A stretch of DNA of 64,000 nucleotides, from contig JACRAJ010000001.1 in the NCBI GenBank assembly GCA_016213445.1, positions 142,203 to 206,202 on the forward strand, given 5' to 3'. The position numbers were made by a program, and so were the translations under genes. This document shows, in pieces, positions 1 through 9,323 of this stretch (the stretch's first letter is position 1; every line of letters begins with the position of its first letter). Under the pieces are notes generated by a model. That model saw nothing but the letters and a program-made list of their open reading frames with translations, had not been told where the DNA came from and searched no databases. Source of the stretch: Candidatus Azambacteria bacterium. GTDB taxonomy: Bacteria; Patescibacteriota; Minisyncoccia; UBA10092.

Positions 1-552
1 CGGGTTGTTTTTACTTATTTGATTGCCTATAGCCTGAATCAAATGGGTTTTACCAAGCCCCACCCCCCCGTAAATAAACAAAGGGTTGTATTTTTTTCCG
101 ATATTTTCGCTTACGGCCAAAGCCGCCGCGTGAGCAAGTTCGTTTGACGATCCGACAATAAAATTTTCAAAGGTATATCGAGGATTAAGATTGGTCAATG
201 CGTTTACGTTCAGTTCTTGAAAATCCAGTTGTTGTTTTGTCGCATCCGCGCCTTTTAAGGATGGATTTTTACTTTTAAAATCGTCTTTGCTGAAATTTTG
301 GCCTTGCTGGATTTTATAATTAACTTCTTTGATCTCCGACTCAAGATTTCTCAATGATCTTAATATAAATTTATGATATTTGTTCTCCAACCATTCTTTG
401 GTAAAGGAATTTGGAACGGCAACGGTAATTATACCGCCCTTTTTATCGACGATGGCTGTGTTTTTCAACCAGGTTTTAAAATTTGCCTTTGAAACTTGCA
501 GTTCTATTTCTCCGAGAGCCGCTTGCCAAAGTTCGTTCAATTCCATTTCCAT
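1..552 (-). CDS. dnaA: Chromosomal replication initiator DnaA (N-terminal part; runs off window start)
   Basis: Manual translation from ATG at 552: [30 protein letters not shown]...[22 protein letters not shown]...[23 protein letters not shown] (Walker A); divergent from rpmH. Confidence 0.97.
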   Translation of the reverse strand, partial: MEMELNELWQAALGEIELQVSKANFKTWLKNTAIVDKKGGIITVAVPNSFTKEWLENKYHKFILRSLRNLESEIKEVNYKIQQGQNFSKDDFKSKNPSLKGADATKQQLDFQELNVNALTNLNPRYTFENFIVGSSNELAHAAALAVSENIGKKYNPLFIYGGVGLGKTHLIQAIGNQISKNNP

Positions 553-699
553 ATTTTATTTAGTATAACATCGCGCAAAATAATTTTAAGATGTTTTTAA
601 CCATACGGAAGTTTATAACTTGTGAATTATCTGTGGAAAAGTATAAATTATTAAAAATGTTTGACGCAATATTTATGTTTGTGTTAGAATATTTGCAAA
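553..699. promoter_or_regulatory. dnaA-rpmH intergenic region with degenerate DnaA boxes (divergent promoters, possible part of oriC)
   Basis: AT-rich; TGTGGAAAA at 632-640 is one mismatch from TGTGGATAA; classic position. Confidence 0.55.
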
Positions 700-834
700 A
701 TGAGCAAAACTTATAAACCCAAAAAACTTAAGAGGATAAAAAAACATGGATTCTTAAAGAGAAAGAAGAGTTCCGGAGGGAGAAAAGTATTAAAAAGGCG
801 CCGACAAAAAGGCCGCCGGCGTTTGGCCGTTTGA
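700..834 (+). CDS. rpmH: 50S ribosomal protein L34
   Basis: Manual translation MSKTYKPKKLKRIKKHGFLKRKKSSGGRKVLKRRRQKGRRRLAV; synteny dnaA-rpmH-rnpA. Confidence 0.96.
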   Translation: MSKTYKPKKLKRIKKHGFLKRKKSSGGRKVLKRRRQKGRRRLAV

Positions 835-839
835 TTTTT

Positions 840-1187
840 ATGTTGCCCGCGGCAAACAGGCTGAAATCCACCGCTGATTTTGGAAAGATTTTCAAATATG
901 GAAAAGTTTCCGAAAATGAATTTCTAAGGATTAAATTTATAAAAAATCAAAAGGGCTGTTCTCGATTTGGGTTTATTGTAAGCAATAAATTCGCCAAAAA
1001 AGCCGCGGAGAGAAATTTAATAAAGCGGCGTTTAAGGGCGGCAGTCGGATTTTTATTAAAGAATGTAAAGCCGGGATTTGACGTAGCGGTTTGGCCGAAG
1101 GCGGCTTTAAAAAAATCCGAATATCGAATGTTGGTTGATAATTTAAAAAATATACTAATCAAAAATGATATCCTATTTGTTCAATGA
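840..1187 (+). CDS. rnpA: RNase P protein component
   Basis: RL..DF..IF start, RFGFIVSNK, AAERNLIKRRLR (RNR motif); synteny. Confidence 0.95.
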   Translation: MLPAANRLKSTADFGKIFKYGKVSENEFLRIKFIKNQKGCSRFGFIVSNKFAKKAAERNLIKRRLRAAVGFLLKNVKPGFDVAVWPKAALKKSEYRMLVDNLKNILIKNDILFVQ

Positions 1188-1899
1188 AATATTTTATCGG
1201 CCGCTTTTAAACGGCTTGATTTTTTTGTATAACATTATTCCGGGCCACGATTTCGGCGTCGCTATTATTATTTTAACCGCGATCATTCGGTTGATTCTTT
1301 GGCCGATGACGAATAAAAGTCTTAAAAACCAGAAAATTCTAGCTAAAATTCAACCGAAAGCCGCGGAAATAAAAAATAAGTTTAAAAACAACAAGGAAGC
1401 GCAAGCGAAGGCGCTCATGGCGCTTTATTCCGAAAATAAAATCAACCCTCTTTCCGGTTTTTTGCCCATTATCATTCAAATTCCCATTCTTTTGGCTCTT
1501 TGGCAGGTTTTTCTGCACAGTCTAAATTCGGATTTAGGCTCTCTTTATTCGTTTGTTTCGGCGCCGGGCAAGATACAGACGGTTTTTTTGGGAATTATTG
1601 ATTTGTCCCATAAAAATATGGTATTAGCCATATTATCAGGCGTTTTACAATATATTCAGACAAAAATGATTATGCCCGTTCCCGTTAAATCCGGCGGAAA
1701 TAATCGGGGACCTGCCGGAGCCCCCGATTTCGGCAGCATGATGTCAAAGCAGATGCTTTATTTTATGCCGGTTTTAAGCGTAATCATTTTTTGGTCGCTA
1801 CCCGCGGCTTTGCCGCTTTACTGGATTGTAACGACGCTTTTCGCTATACTTCAGCAATATCTCAACCAAAATGAACGAGGAGAAATTACTAAAAGTTAA
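1165..1899 (+). CDS. yidC: Membrane protein insertase YidC/Oxa1
   Basis: GVAIIILTAIIRLILWP, NPLSGFLPIIIQIP, LPLYW...QQ motifs. Confidence 0.95.
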   Translation: MISYLFNEIFYRPLLNGLIFLYNIIPGHDFGVAIIILTAIIRLILWPMTNKSLKNQKILAKIQPKAAEIKNKFKNNKEAQAKALMALYSENKINPLSGFLPIIIQIPILLALWQVFLHSLNSDLGSLYSFVSAPGKIQTVFLGIIDLSHKNMVLAILSGVLQYIQTKMIMPVPVKSGGNNRGPAGAPDFGSMMSKQMLYFMPVLSVIIFWSLPAALPLYWIVTTLFAILQQYLNQNERGEITKS

Positions 1900-2335
1900 A
1901 AATATTGTTTACGACTTTTTTGTTAAAAGCAGAATTGCCGATTTTGAAATCAAAACCGTTGAAGCGTCCGCCGACGGTTCAATAAATATTTCAATTTCGG
2001 CGAAAGAAACTGGTTTTTATATCGGTGAAAATGGCAAGCATATTCCCGCTTTTGAAATTCTTTTGCGCTTAATCATAAAAAAACAAATCGAGTCGGCGCC
2101 CTTAATTCATCTTGATATTAATAATTATAGAAATCTAAAAGACGATTCTTTGCGGGAGCTTGCCAAAAAAGCGGCGCGACGCGCCAGATTCTACAAACAG
2201 CCTGTGGCTTTGGAAGCGATGACGGCTTACGAAAGAAGAATCGTCCATACGGAACTTGCCGCTCATCCGGATATAAAAACCGAAAGCGCCGGCGAAGGCG
2301 CGCAAAGAAGGGTGGTCGTGAAATATATTGATTAA
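1871..2335 (+). CDS. jag: Jag/KhpB-like KH + R3H RNA-binding protein
   Basis: IGENGK, LDINNYR, MTAYERRIVH...ESAGEG (R3H); follows yidC. Confidence 0.9.
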   Translation: MNEEKLLKVKNIVYDFFVKSRIADFEIKTVEASADGSINISISAKETGFYIGENGKHIPAFEILLRLIIKKQIESAPLIHLDINNYRNLKDDSLRELAKKAARRARFYKQPVALEAMTAYERRIVHTELAAHPDIKTESAGEGAQRRVVVKYID

Positions 2336-2337
2336 AT

Positions 2338-3435
2338 TTATTTCAAATTCAATTGGTATAAAAGCCCGCTGTTTCGGGATAAAAATATTAAACTGCCGCC
2401 GTCCGAACTTATATTGAGATCCGAAATGTCCCCTATCGCTTGGTATATGATATTTTTTTCTCCGGTTTCAACGTTGATTTTTATAAGATCGTCGACGGTT
2501 GAAAACACTTTTTTATAATAATCATCGGGCAATAGCACCGCAGAATATGGCCAAGATTGGGGAACGGCACAGTATATGTTTATAGAATCTCCAGCCCAAG
2601 CGCATTTATCGATTAATGTCGAGGTGTTTTCAATAATTCTTGAAACGCCTTTTTTATAAACAGCCAATGACGGATTTCGGCCGCTTTCGTCCGCATAGGA
2701 ATATATAAAACTGTCGCCGTTTGGCGCCCAAAGGGTTTCCAGGCCGCGCAAATCGCCTATTATTTTTGCCAAAACGAGATTTACCGTGTTTAAAGTCCAT
2801 GCATTTCCCGTTATCAGGCCGCTGGGTTTTGAAGTTAAGCTTATAGTATTATTTTTAGGCCACGATAATTTAATGTCGCGCAATTTAAAAGATGTTATTA
2901 AAGATTTTTGTTTTTTGCCGTCGGGGTTGCTGGTGTATAGAGAATTTATATTTGAATTTCCGGAAATGTGATAAACCATTTTGGCGCCATCGGGAGAAAA
3001 AGCCGCGGATTTTATATTGGCGGTTAAATTGGCGGATATTTTTTTGGCAAAATCGTTGAACACATAACGGCTGTCAAATTGTTCCGATCCCGCTTTAACC
3101 ATATTTTTTCCGTTTAACGACCAAATTATTTCGGCCGGATTTTCAATGGCCGTTTGATCCGTTAAAATCGGCTTGGCGTCGCCGGTTTTAAATTGCCAAA
3201 GCTGGCCGGAAAAATCGTAGAACAAAATTTCATCGCCGCTCCAGCGCGCAGAAACAACCGGATCGTCGCTTATCGGTTTCCATCCGGCAGCCGCCTCTTG
3301 GCCGGGAGCGGCGAATCCCGCGCCGGGAGTGGTTACGGGTTTTGCGGATTTAAAAAATAAATACCAAACCACTCCCCCGATTATCGCGAGGCTGGCGAGT
3401 ATTACTAAAATTATGTATAAGGTTTTTTTGGACAT
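2338..3435 (-). CDS. Membrane-anchored beta-propeller-like (TolB/WD40-type) hypothetical protein
   Basis: N-terminal TM helix; repeated WS/FSPDG/WAPNG blade-like motifs. Confidence 0.65.
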   Translation of the reverse strand: MSKKTLYIILVILASLAIIGGVVWYLFFKSAKPVTTPGAGFAAPGQEAAAGWKPISDDPVVSARWSGDEILFYDFSGQLWQFKTGDAKPILTDQTAIENPAEIIWSLNGKNMVKAGSEQFDSRYVFNDFAKKISANLTANIKSAAFSPDGAKMVYHISGNSNINSLYTSNPDGKKQKSLITSFKLRDIKLSWPKNNTISLTSKPSGLITGNAWTLNTVNLVLAKIIGDLRGLETLWAPNGDSFIYSYADESGRNPSLAVYKKGVSRIIENTSTLIDKCAWAGDSINIYCAVPQSWPYSAVLLPDDYYKKVFSTVDDLIKINVETGEKNIIYQAIGDISDLNISSDGGSLIFLSRNSGLLYQLNLK

Positions 3436-3450
3436 AGTTATTTTAAGATT

Positions 3451-3957
3451 TTACCAAGCGCCTCCCGCGCCTCCACCGCCGTATTTTCCACCTCCACCTC
3501 CTTTAAACTCTTCAGCCGGTTGGGGGAATGAGCCGCCCTTAAATTGAAGTAGATCAATTTTGGGATTTCTTAAATTTACCAAATCGGGATTAATTGTTCT
3601 TAGTAAAAGATAAGACACAAGCATTAGCCCGAGTCCGAGAAGGGCTTGTTTTATCATATCCTTGGCGTCTTCAACTTTAGCGATGTTGCCGGCGGCCAAA
3701 ATATACATAACGCCGCCGATTGTCATAAAACCCAAAGCAAAAAAAGTAATAAGCCCCAAGCCGAATATGAATAAATAATTTATATATGAAGGCAGTTCCT
3801 GGCCGGCCGGGATTACGGGAACGCCGGGCAGTCCGGTTTCAAGCCGGACTTGAGCTTGAACGGAAGCAACAAGCGGCATAAAACAAGCGATGAGTATAAA
3901 AACAATCAGTAAGATTTTTTTATTTTGATTTTTAATTTTCCATGTCGCCTGTCGCAT
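3451..3957 (-). CDS. Pilin-like (VirB2/TrbC-type) membrane protein
   Basis: Signal peptide, two hydrophobic helices with GG.MY..AAGN...AK..I..ALLGL...LL.TINP pattern of CPR pilins. Confidence 0.75.
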   Translation of the reverse strand: MRQATWKIKNQNKKILLIVFILIACFMPLVASVQAQVRLETGLPGVPVIPAGQELPSYINYLFIFGLGLITFFALGFMTIGGVMYILAAGNIAKVEDAKDMIKQALLGLGLMLVSYLLLRTINPDLVNLRNPKIDLLQFKGGSFPQPAEEFKGGGGGKYGGGGAGGAW

Positions 3958-3961
3958 GTTG

Positions 3962-5008
3962 CTATTTTACTTGAAGATTAATTGTTGATTGGGCCGTTTC
4001 CGTTTCATTGGCCGGATTTTTAATTATTGTTTGAATTTGAACTGAAAAAAATTGGCTGAAATTTGAAAGATCAAGCGAGGCCAGCCACGGTTTATCGGTT
4101 TCCGCGGGAACTTCATTGCTATTTACAAACCATTGCCATTTTAAGTCCTTGTCCGGAGAATTGAAGAAGTAATTTTTGGCGATAAAATTAAAAACTGCCG
4201 GGATTGTGATCAAATTTTTCAAGGCGCCGCCATACGGACTGTTCGTTTCGAGATTATTGAAATAAATCAAAGTTTGCGGCCTGACTACGGGAATTGTAAT
4301 GTTTTTAATTGCGGAAACGGTGGCATCGGCAGTTTTAATTTCGAGGCGCAATGACTTTTCGCTTCCGGCGAAATCGTCGATTTTTAAAATAAAGTCCGAT
4401 TTGTTGAGTCCTGATTTGCTTTTGGATAATTTGTCATCGATAGTCCAGTTGAAAATTAAATCGTCGGCGCTAATCAACGTCTTGGATCCCGGCCGATAAA
4501 TGAAAGGCAGCGCCGAAACGACTATTGTTGAATTTTGAGTCGGCAATAATTTTCCTTTATATGAAGCCGGCGCTTCCGAAGACGCGCTCCATGTAATGTC
4601 GAAATCGCTCACCGTAAAAAATGTCGAGTCGGACAAATTGTCTCCCGCCGGCGTTGAAACGTTTACATTTACTCTATAAACGGCGCCTAAATTTCCGACT
4701 TGAAAAGCGTAAATATTTTTATTGACGCCGGACGCGTTATTTTGTTTGACGCCGTTTAAAAACCAGGTGTAATCGGAATTCTCGACATTAGCCGGCCCCG
4801 AAAGATTGGCAATGACGGTGATTACGGAATTCGGCAATGGCGTTGCGGGATCCAAGTTTAAAGAAAGCGTCGGTTTTATGTTTAGGCTCGGCAATTGGTT
4901 GGCGCCCAAGTTGAATTGGGCGTTTGTAATGGCGGGCAATAAAACGATAAGTAAAAAACCCGAGCGCGCGAGGAAAAATTTATTTTTGTTTGGGTTTGAT
5001 GCAGTCAT
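3962..5008 (-). CDS. Secreted Ig-like beta-sandwich hypothetical protein
   Basis: Signal peptide; three repeats of Y/F-x-W-x-(L/I/V)-N/D motif. Confidence 0.6.
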   Translation of the reverse strand: MTASNPNKNKFFLARSGFLLIVLLPAITNAQFNLGANQLPSLNIKPTLSLNLDPATPLPNSVITVIANLSGPANVENSDYTWFLNGVKQNNASGVNKNIYAFQVGNLGAVYRVNVNVSTPAGDNLSDSTFFTVSDFDITWSASSEAPASYKGKLLPTQNSTIVVSALPFIYRPGSKTLISADDLIFNWTIDDKLSKSKSGLNKSDFILKIDDFAGSEKSLRLEIKTADATVSAIKNITIPVVRPQTLIYFNNLETNSPYGGALKNLITIPAVFNFIAKNYFFNSPDKDLKWQWFVNSNEVPAETDKPWLASLDLSNFSQFFSVQIQTIIKNPANETETAQSTINLQVK

Positions 5009-5014
5009 TTTATT

Positions 5015-5464
5015 TTATTTTGGTGTTATTTTGGAAGCTTCTTTTATCGCTTCGCCGGCCATGGGAATTTTTTCCGCTTTTACCAAGAAGTAAAGAATTA
5101 AAACGGAAACAACCCAGCCGAACCAATTAACAACCGGAATCAGATTCGCCAATCCTCCTCCGAACGCCAGCCACCAATATTGCCCAAGGCCTTTATGTTG
5201 CAGATAAAACCAGAAAATTGCCGTTGCCGCCAAGTCTAAAATCGGCTCTGCGACCGCATAAATCACCAGGCCGACAATCGGAATCAGGGCAATAATCGTC
5301 AAAAGAATAAAAAGAATGTCTATGTAGCCGGCGCCCAAAAATAACAGCAGCCATTCCGCGAAATCAATCTCGGCGCCGCTTTCGGTTTCCGATTCCTGCG
5401 ACTTCGCGCTTATTTTTTCTTTAAAAGCGCCTCTTTTTTGTTGTAAATTTTCCGCTAAAGCCAT
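5015..5464 (-). CDS. Hypothetical membrane protein
   Basis: 149-aa ORF with several TM helices, in operon. Confidence 0.7.
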   Translation of the reverse strand: MALAENLQQKRGAFKEKISAKSQESETESGAEIDFAEWLLLFLGAGYIDILFILLTIIALIPIVGLVIYAVAEPILDLAATAIFWFYLQHKGLGQYWWLAFGGGLANLIPVVNWFGWVVSVLILYFLVKAEKIPMAGEAIKEASKITPK

Positions 5465-5485
5465 TATATGTTTAATTATACAATA

Positions 5486-7273
5486 TTACGGCGCCAGTGT
5501 CTCGGCGCGCTCCAGTTCTTTTTTAGCCTGTTCTATTTGTAAAAGCTGGGCGGGATCGGAAGTGATTATTTGGTCTTCGGTGTAGGAAGCGATTACTTTG
5601 ATGGCGACGTGCTTGGAACCGGCGAAAAACAAGCCTTCGCCGACGTCCGATTCAAGAAGCAGGAATTTTTCCTCGTCGGTTAAATTAAAAGTTTTTTGGA
5701 TAACGTCTATGTTCGCCGGCGATTGTTTAAACAAAAATTGAAGCGACGAGTTGGTTAAAATCGGCTTGCCGTACGGAGAGTTTATAAAATCGCTTACGTC
5801 TTGAGTGATGGTCGTGACCCCCAAAAAATATTTTCTGGCGCGCTTGGCGATGCCGAACAAAAACGAGGCGCCGTCGTCGTGTTTCATCAGCCACCAAGCT
5901 TCGTCAACCATGAGGATTCTTTTTTTAAGTTCCGAACGAACCATGTTCCAGATAAAGTGAAGAATTATGTACATTGCCGCGGGCCGCAATTCTTCTTCCA
6001 TATCCCTGATGCTGAAAACCACCAGTTTGTTTTTTATTTCGAGATTTGTCCTATTGTTCAAAAATCCCGCGTAAGAACCGGTGACATATTTTTCAAGCCG
6101 GCGGCTTAGCGATTCGGCTCCGGCCATGCTGTCTAAAACAGTTTTTAAATCGGACATTGTCGGCATTACGGCTTTCGAAAAATCGGAATTCGGCGTTATG
6201 TCGCGGCTGGCGTAGGTTTGGGTGATGGCAGAATCGATAATAGCGTCTTCTTCAGGCGTGAGTCCCCCGAGCATTATGCGGATCAGTCCCACCAAACTAA
6301 TGACTCCCGATCTTAAAATGTCGGCCGGATTTTCACCCTCCTTGGGAATTGGCAAATCAAACGGATTAAGGTGGTTTTCCGAAGTGAGTGAAATTTTGAA
6401 AAAAGCGCCGCCTATTGTTTCGGCGAGATATTGATATTCATTTTCAGGGTCGATTACGATAACATCGGTTCCGAACATTAGCGAACGCAAAATTTCGAGT
6501 TTCGACGCATAAGATTTGCCGCCTCCGGATTTGCCGAAAACCACGGTATTGGCATTTTCCAAGGAAAAGCGGTCGAAAAGAACCAGTGAATTGTTGTGGC
6601 GGTTGATGCCGTAAAGAATGCCGTTGTCGGAAGTTAAATCCGATGAAACAAAAGGAAAGGTGGCGGCAATCGGCCCCGAATTCATCGGGGTGTTTATCTC
6701 CAATTCATCCGTCATCAGGGGAAGAGTTGATTTAAAGCCCTTGTCTTGCTGATAAATCGCCGACTTGCTGTACGCGAGCTTGGTATCCAAAATCGAACGC
6801 AGGGAAGTTTCCATTTTATTCAGTTCTTCAAGCGAATTGCCGTAAAGGGTGATATATAACCCGAATTTAAAAAATTTTTCTCTCGCTTGCTGAAGTTTGT
6901 CGCGCAAGTCTTCAAGGTCTTGATAGGCGGTTTCAAGCATCGGATCGCGCACCAAGCCCTTTTCCTCCCGCATGCTGATTTCCGACGCCACTTGCGCCAC
7001 TTTTTTCCTCAAGCTTTTCAAGGCCGCGCCGGTGTCGATGGGATGGATAAAAAAACTCACATCCAAAGTTTTGTCTAAATTTATAACTTCGGAAAACCAG
7101 TTGGTGTTTAAAAATCTGGGGTAGTTGAAAACAAAAAAAGTCCGCGCCAGTTTTTTATTGAGCCGCAAAAAAGACGGATCGATTTCCAAAGCCGCCGGCG
7201 CCAAAATACTGCGCAAATCCGCGGCCGCGGCGTTTGTTATTTGTTCTTTTTTATTTGAAAATATGGGTGTCAT
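5486..7273 (-). CDS. VirB4/TraC-like ATPase (DUF87 type)
   Basis: Walker A GKSGGGKS, VIDPENEY, Walker B DEAW, RARKY..G...ITQ. Confidence 0.92.
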   Translation of the reverse strand: MTPIFSNKKEQITNAAAADLRSILAPAALEIDPSFLRLNKKLARTFFVFNYPRFLNTNWFSEVINLDKTLDVSFFIHPIDTGAALKSLRKKVAQVASEISMREEKGLVRDPMLETAYQDLEDLRDKLQQAREKFFKFGLYITLYGNSLEELNKMETSLRSILDTKLAYSKSAIYQQDKGFKSTLPLMTDELEINTPMNSGPIAATFPFVSSDLTSDNGILYGINRHNNSLVLFDRFSLENANTVVFGKSGGGKSYASKLEILRSLMFGTDVIVIDPENEYQYLAETIGGAFFKISLTSENHLNPFDLPIPKEGENPADILRSGVISLVGLIRIMLGGLTPEEDAIIDSAITQTYASRDITPNSDFSKAVMPTMSDLKTVLDSMAGAESLSRRLEKYVTGSYAGFLNNRTNLEIKNKLVVFSIRDMEEELRPAAMYIILHFIWNMVRSELKKRILMVDEAWWLMKHDDGASFLFGIAKRARKYFLGVTTITQDVSDFINSPYGKPILTNSSLQFLFKQSPANIDVIQKTFNLTDEEKFLLLESDVGEGLFFAGSKHVAIKVIASYTEDQIITSDPAQLLQIEQAKKELERAETLAP

Positions 7274-7901
7274 ATTCTTCGGGATTGTAGAGATTATAAA
7301 ACAATTCCAGCAATTCTTCAGTGTTAAGCGCCGTCGCTTTAACGCCCACGTGGGCCAGAGTTAAAATAATATGTTCAACGCGCTGAAATAATTGATTTTT
7401 ATATTCCTGAAATTTTTCTTCGGAAAGTTCCGGAGTTTTCGGAGAAACTATTTTTAAAAGCGAACCGACTTTTTCAAGCGGGCTTTCCGCCTTGGATTCG
7501 ATCGGATCAAAGGGAATGATTGTGTAAAACCTTTTTACCATTATATCCGAAAGCGAAACGAAATTTCTTATGAAATCCGCATATTCGGCGGTTTGAATTT
7601 TCAAAAGCTCGTTTTCCTGCGTTTTTAATTTTTCTTCAAGCGACGCCAAATAGGGTTTGATATCCAATTTTCTCGAATGAATCACTATTTGCAATGGCCA
7701 GTCGAAAGAATTTAGGAAATCGGCATAGGCGCTGATGATGGCGTTTTGACTGTCGATTGATTCCAATTCCAAATTTCTCGAGCCGCACATCAAAACCGCG
7801 CGGAGCCCGCCGTTTTTTAAAATGATAACGCCATCGCGGATTTTTTCTATGTCGAGAAATTCCTGCGTGGCGGGTCCCTTTGTTGTTTTTTCTTCAGCCA
7901 T
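7251..7901 (-). CDS. VirB4 N-terminal-like / TraC-associated hypothetical protein
   Basis: TQEFLDIEKIRDGVIILKNG...FLNS..PLQI; lies between PrgI and VirB4. Confidence 0.7.
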   Translation of the reverse strand: MAEEKTTKGPATQEFLDIEKIRDGVIILKNGGLRAVLMCGSRNLELESIDSQNAIISAYADFLNSFDWPLQIVIHSRKLDIKPYLASLEEKLKTQENELLKIQTAEYADFIRNFVSLSDIMVKRFYTIIPFDPIESKAESPLEKVGSLLKIVSPKTPELSEEKFQEYKNQLFQRVEHIILTLAHVGVKATALNTEELLELFYNLYNPEEYDTHIFK

Positions 7902-7911
7902 GGCTGGTTAA

Positions 7912-8319
7912 TTACTTGGTGCCGGTGTCTAATTTTAATGCCAGTTCTTTTAATTTGGAAGGGGTTATTTTTTCTTCTTGCGGCGCGGGTGCTTGCGGTT
8001 GAATTTTTTTTTCGATTTTTTCCGGCTCGGCCGCTTTTTCGGGGGCGCTGGAAAAAAGGTAAAGGCGGGGCTTGGTGAAATATCTCAAAAATGCCAGGAA
8101 AAAATAAACAAACGGCCGGTCATTTATTTTTAAAAATGCGAAAGCAACGGCTATGGCGATAACGGGAACGGCAACAATTATCCAAACATACAAATTAAAA
8201 ATAAACCAAAGAACAAAAAGGATCGCGCCGGCGAAAGCCAGATATAAGAATTGTTTGAGCGTTAAAGGCCCGATGATTCTGTCTTCCGCTTCAATAAATT
8301 GTGGCACTTGGTACTGCAT
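7912..8319 (-). CDS. PrgI family membrane protein
   Basis: QYQVPQFIEAEDRIIGPLTLKQF followed by two TM helices. Confidence 0.88.
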   Translation of the reverse strand: MQYQVPQFIEAEDRIIGPLTLKQFLYLAFAGAILFVLWFIFNLYVWIIVAVPVIAIAVAFAFLKINDRPFVYFFLAFLRYFTKPRLYLFSSAPEKAAEPEKIEKKIQPQAPAPQEEKITPSKLKELALKLDTGTK

Positions 8320-9288
8320 TTAAAACTCTCCTTTGTCTTGCCTTAAATCGAGGATATTTTTGGCGGAGTTTGTTGGGGGCGCGCCGGAAGGTTTCATTAT
8401 ATATTGAGGCGCCAGTTCGCGATTTTGCTGAACCGGAATGGGCGGCGCGGTTGGCGTTGGACTTGGAATTTCAACAGGTTCCCTGTATGTATCGACCGGC
8501 TTTTGCGCGGGCATTGAAATTTTATGAGGTTCAGCTTCAATAAGCGGCGGCATTGCGGGCTTTGGAGCCGGCGCGGCTGGCGCCAGGGGCATCGGCCTTA
8601 TCGAAAAAACCGGCTTGGGCGCCGCCGGAGCCGGAGTTTCCGCCAAGGGCGGACCAGCCTTGGGCTGGGGCGCGGCTGGCATCGGCGCCGGAGGCGCCGT
8701 TGGTTTGGGCGTGATTGGCATCTCCGCTAAAGGCGGACCAGCCTCGGGTTGGGGCGCCGGCGGCGTTGGCATCGGCGCAACCGGCACTTTTCTTAAATCG
8801 ACAACTTCCGGCGCCGGGGGCATTGCCGCCGGTTCGCGGTATTTATCGAAAATTGGTTTGGGAGCCGCTGGCGCCGCAGGCTGTGGCATCGGCGTCGGTT
8901 GAGGCGCGGGCGTCGGTTGAGGCGTTGGAATCGCGCCTGGCGGTGCGACGATGGGTTGGGGCGGAATCGGCACGGGCGCGGGCGCTAAAGGCGCCAATAA
9001 TGGCGCCAAAAGTTCAGCGTTTAATTCCTGCGCCAGACTCGTCGCGATTTGCGTGTCGGATGTGATTTGCGAGTTAATTTCTTGCGTCAAAGATGTTGGC
9101 GGGATTATTCCTAAAATAATGTCGCCGATTACTCTTGCCAAAAGCGAAACTTGATCATCGTCTAAACCGTATTTTTTTCCGATTCTATCAATAGTGTCGG
9201 CCGTGGCGTCGGAAAATAGCGCCTCTTGCAATTGAGGCGGCAATTTACCGAATAATTTTATTTTTTCTTCTCTGGTTATTTCGGGCAT
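8320..9288 (-). CDS. Proline-rich hypothetical protein
   Basis: Helical N-domain then Pro/Ala-rich tail with two D(K/T)YREP motifs. Confidence 0.75.
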   Translation of the reverse strand: MPEITREEKIKLFGKLPPQLQEALFSDATADTIDRIGKKYGLDDDQVSLLARVIGDIILGIIPPTSLTQEINSQITSDTQIATSLAQELNAELLAPLLAPLAPAPVPIPPQPIVAPPGAIPTPQPTPAPQPTPMPQPAAPAAPKPIFDKYREPAAMPPAPEVVDLRKVPVAPMPTPPAPQPEAGPPLAEMPITPKPTAPPAPMPAAPQPKAGPPLAETPAPAAPKPVFSIRPMPLAPAAPAPKPAMPPLIEAEPHKISMPAQKPVDTYREPVEIPSPTPTAPPIPVQQNRELAPQYIMKPSGAPPTNSAKNILDLRQDKGEF

Positions 9289-9323
9289 TTTAATTGGTTA
9301 AAAATTTAAGTCGTGTAAATTGC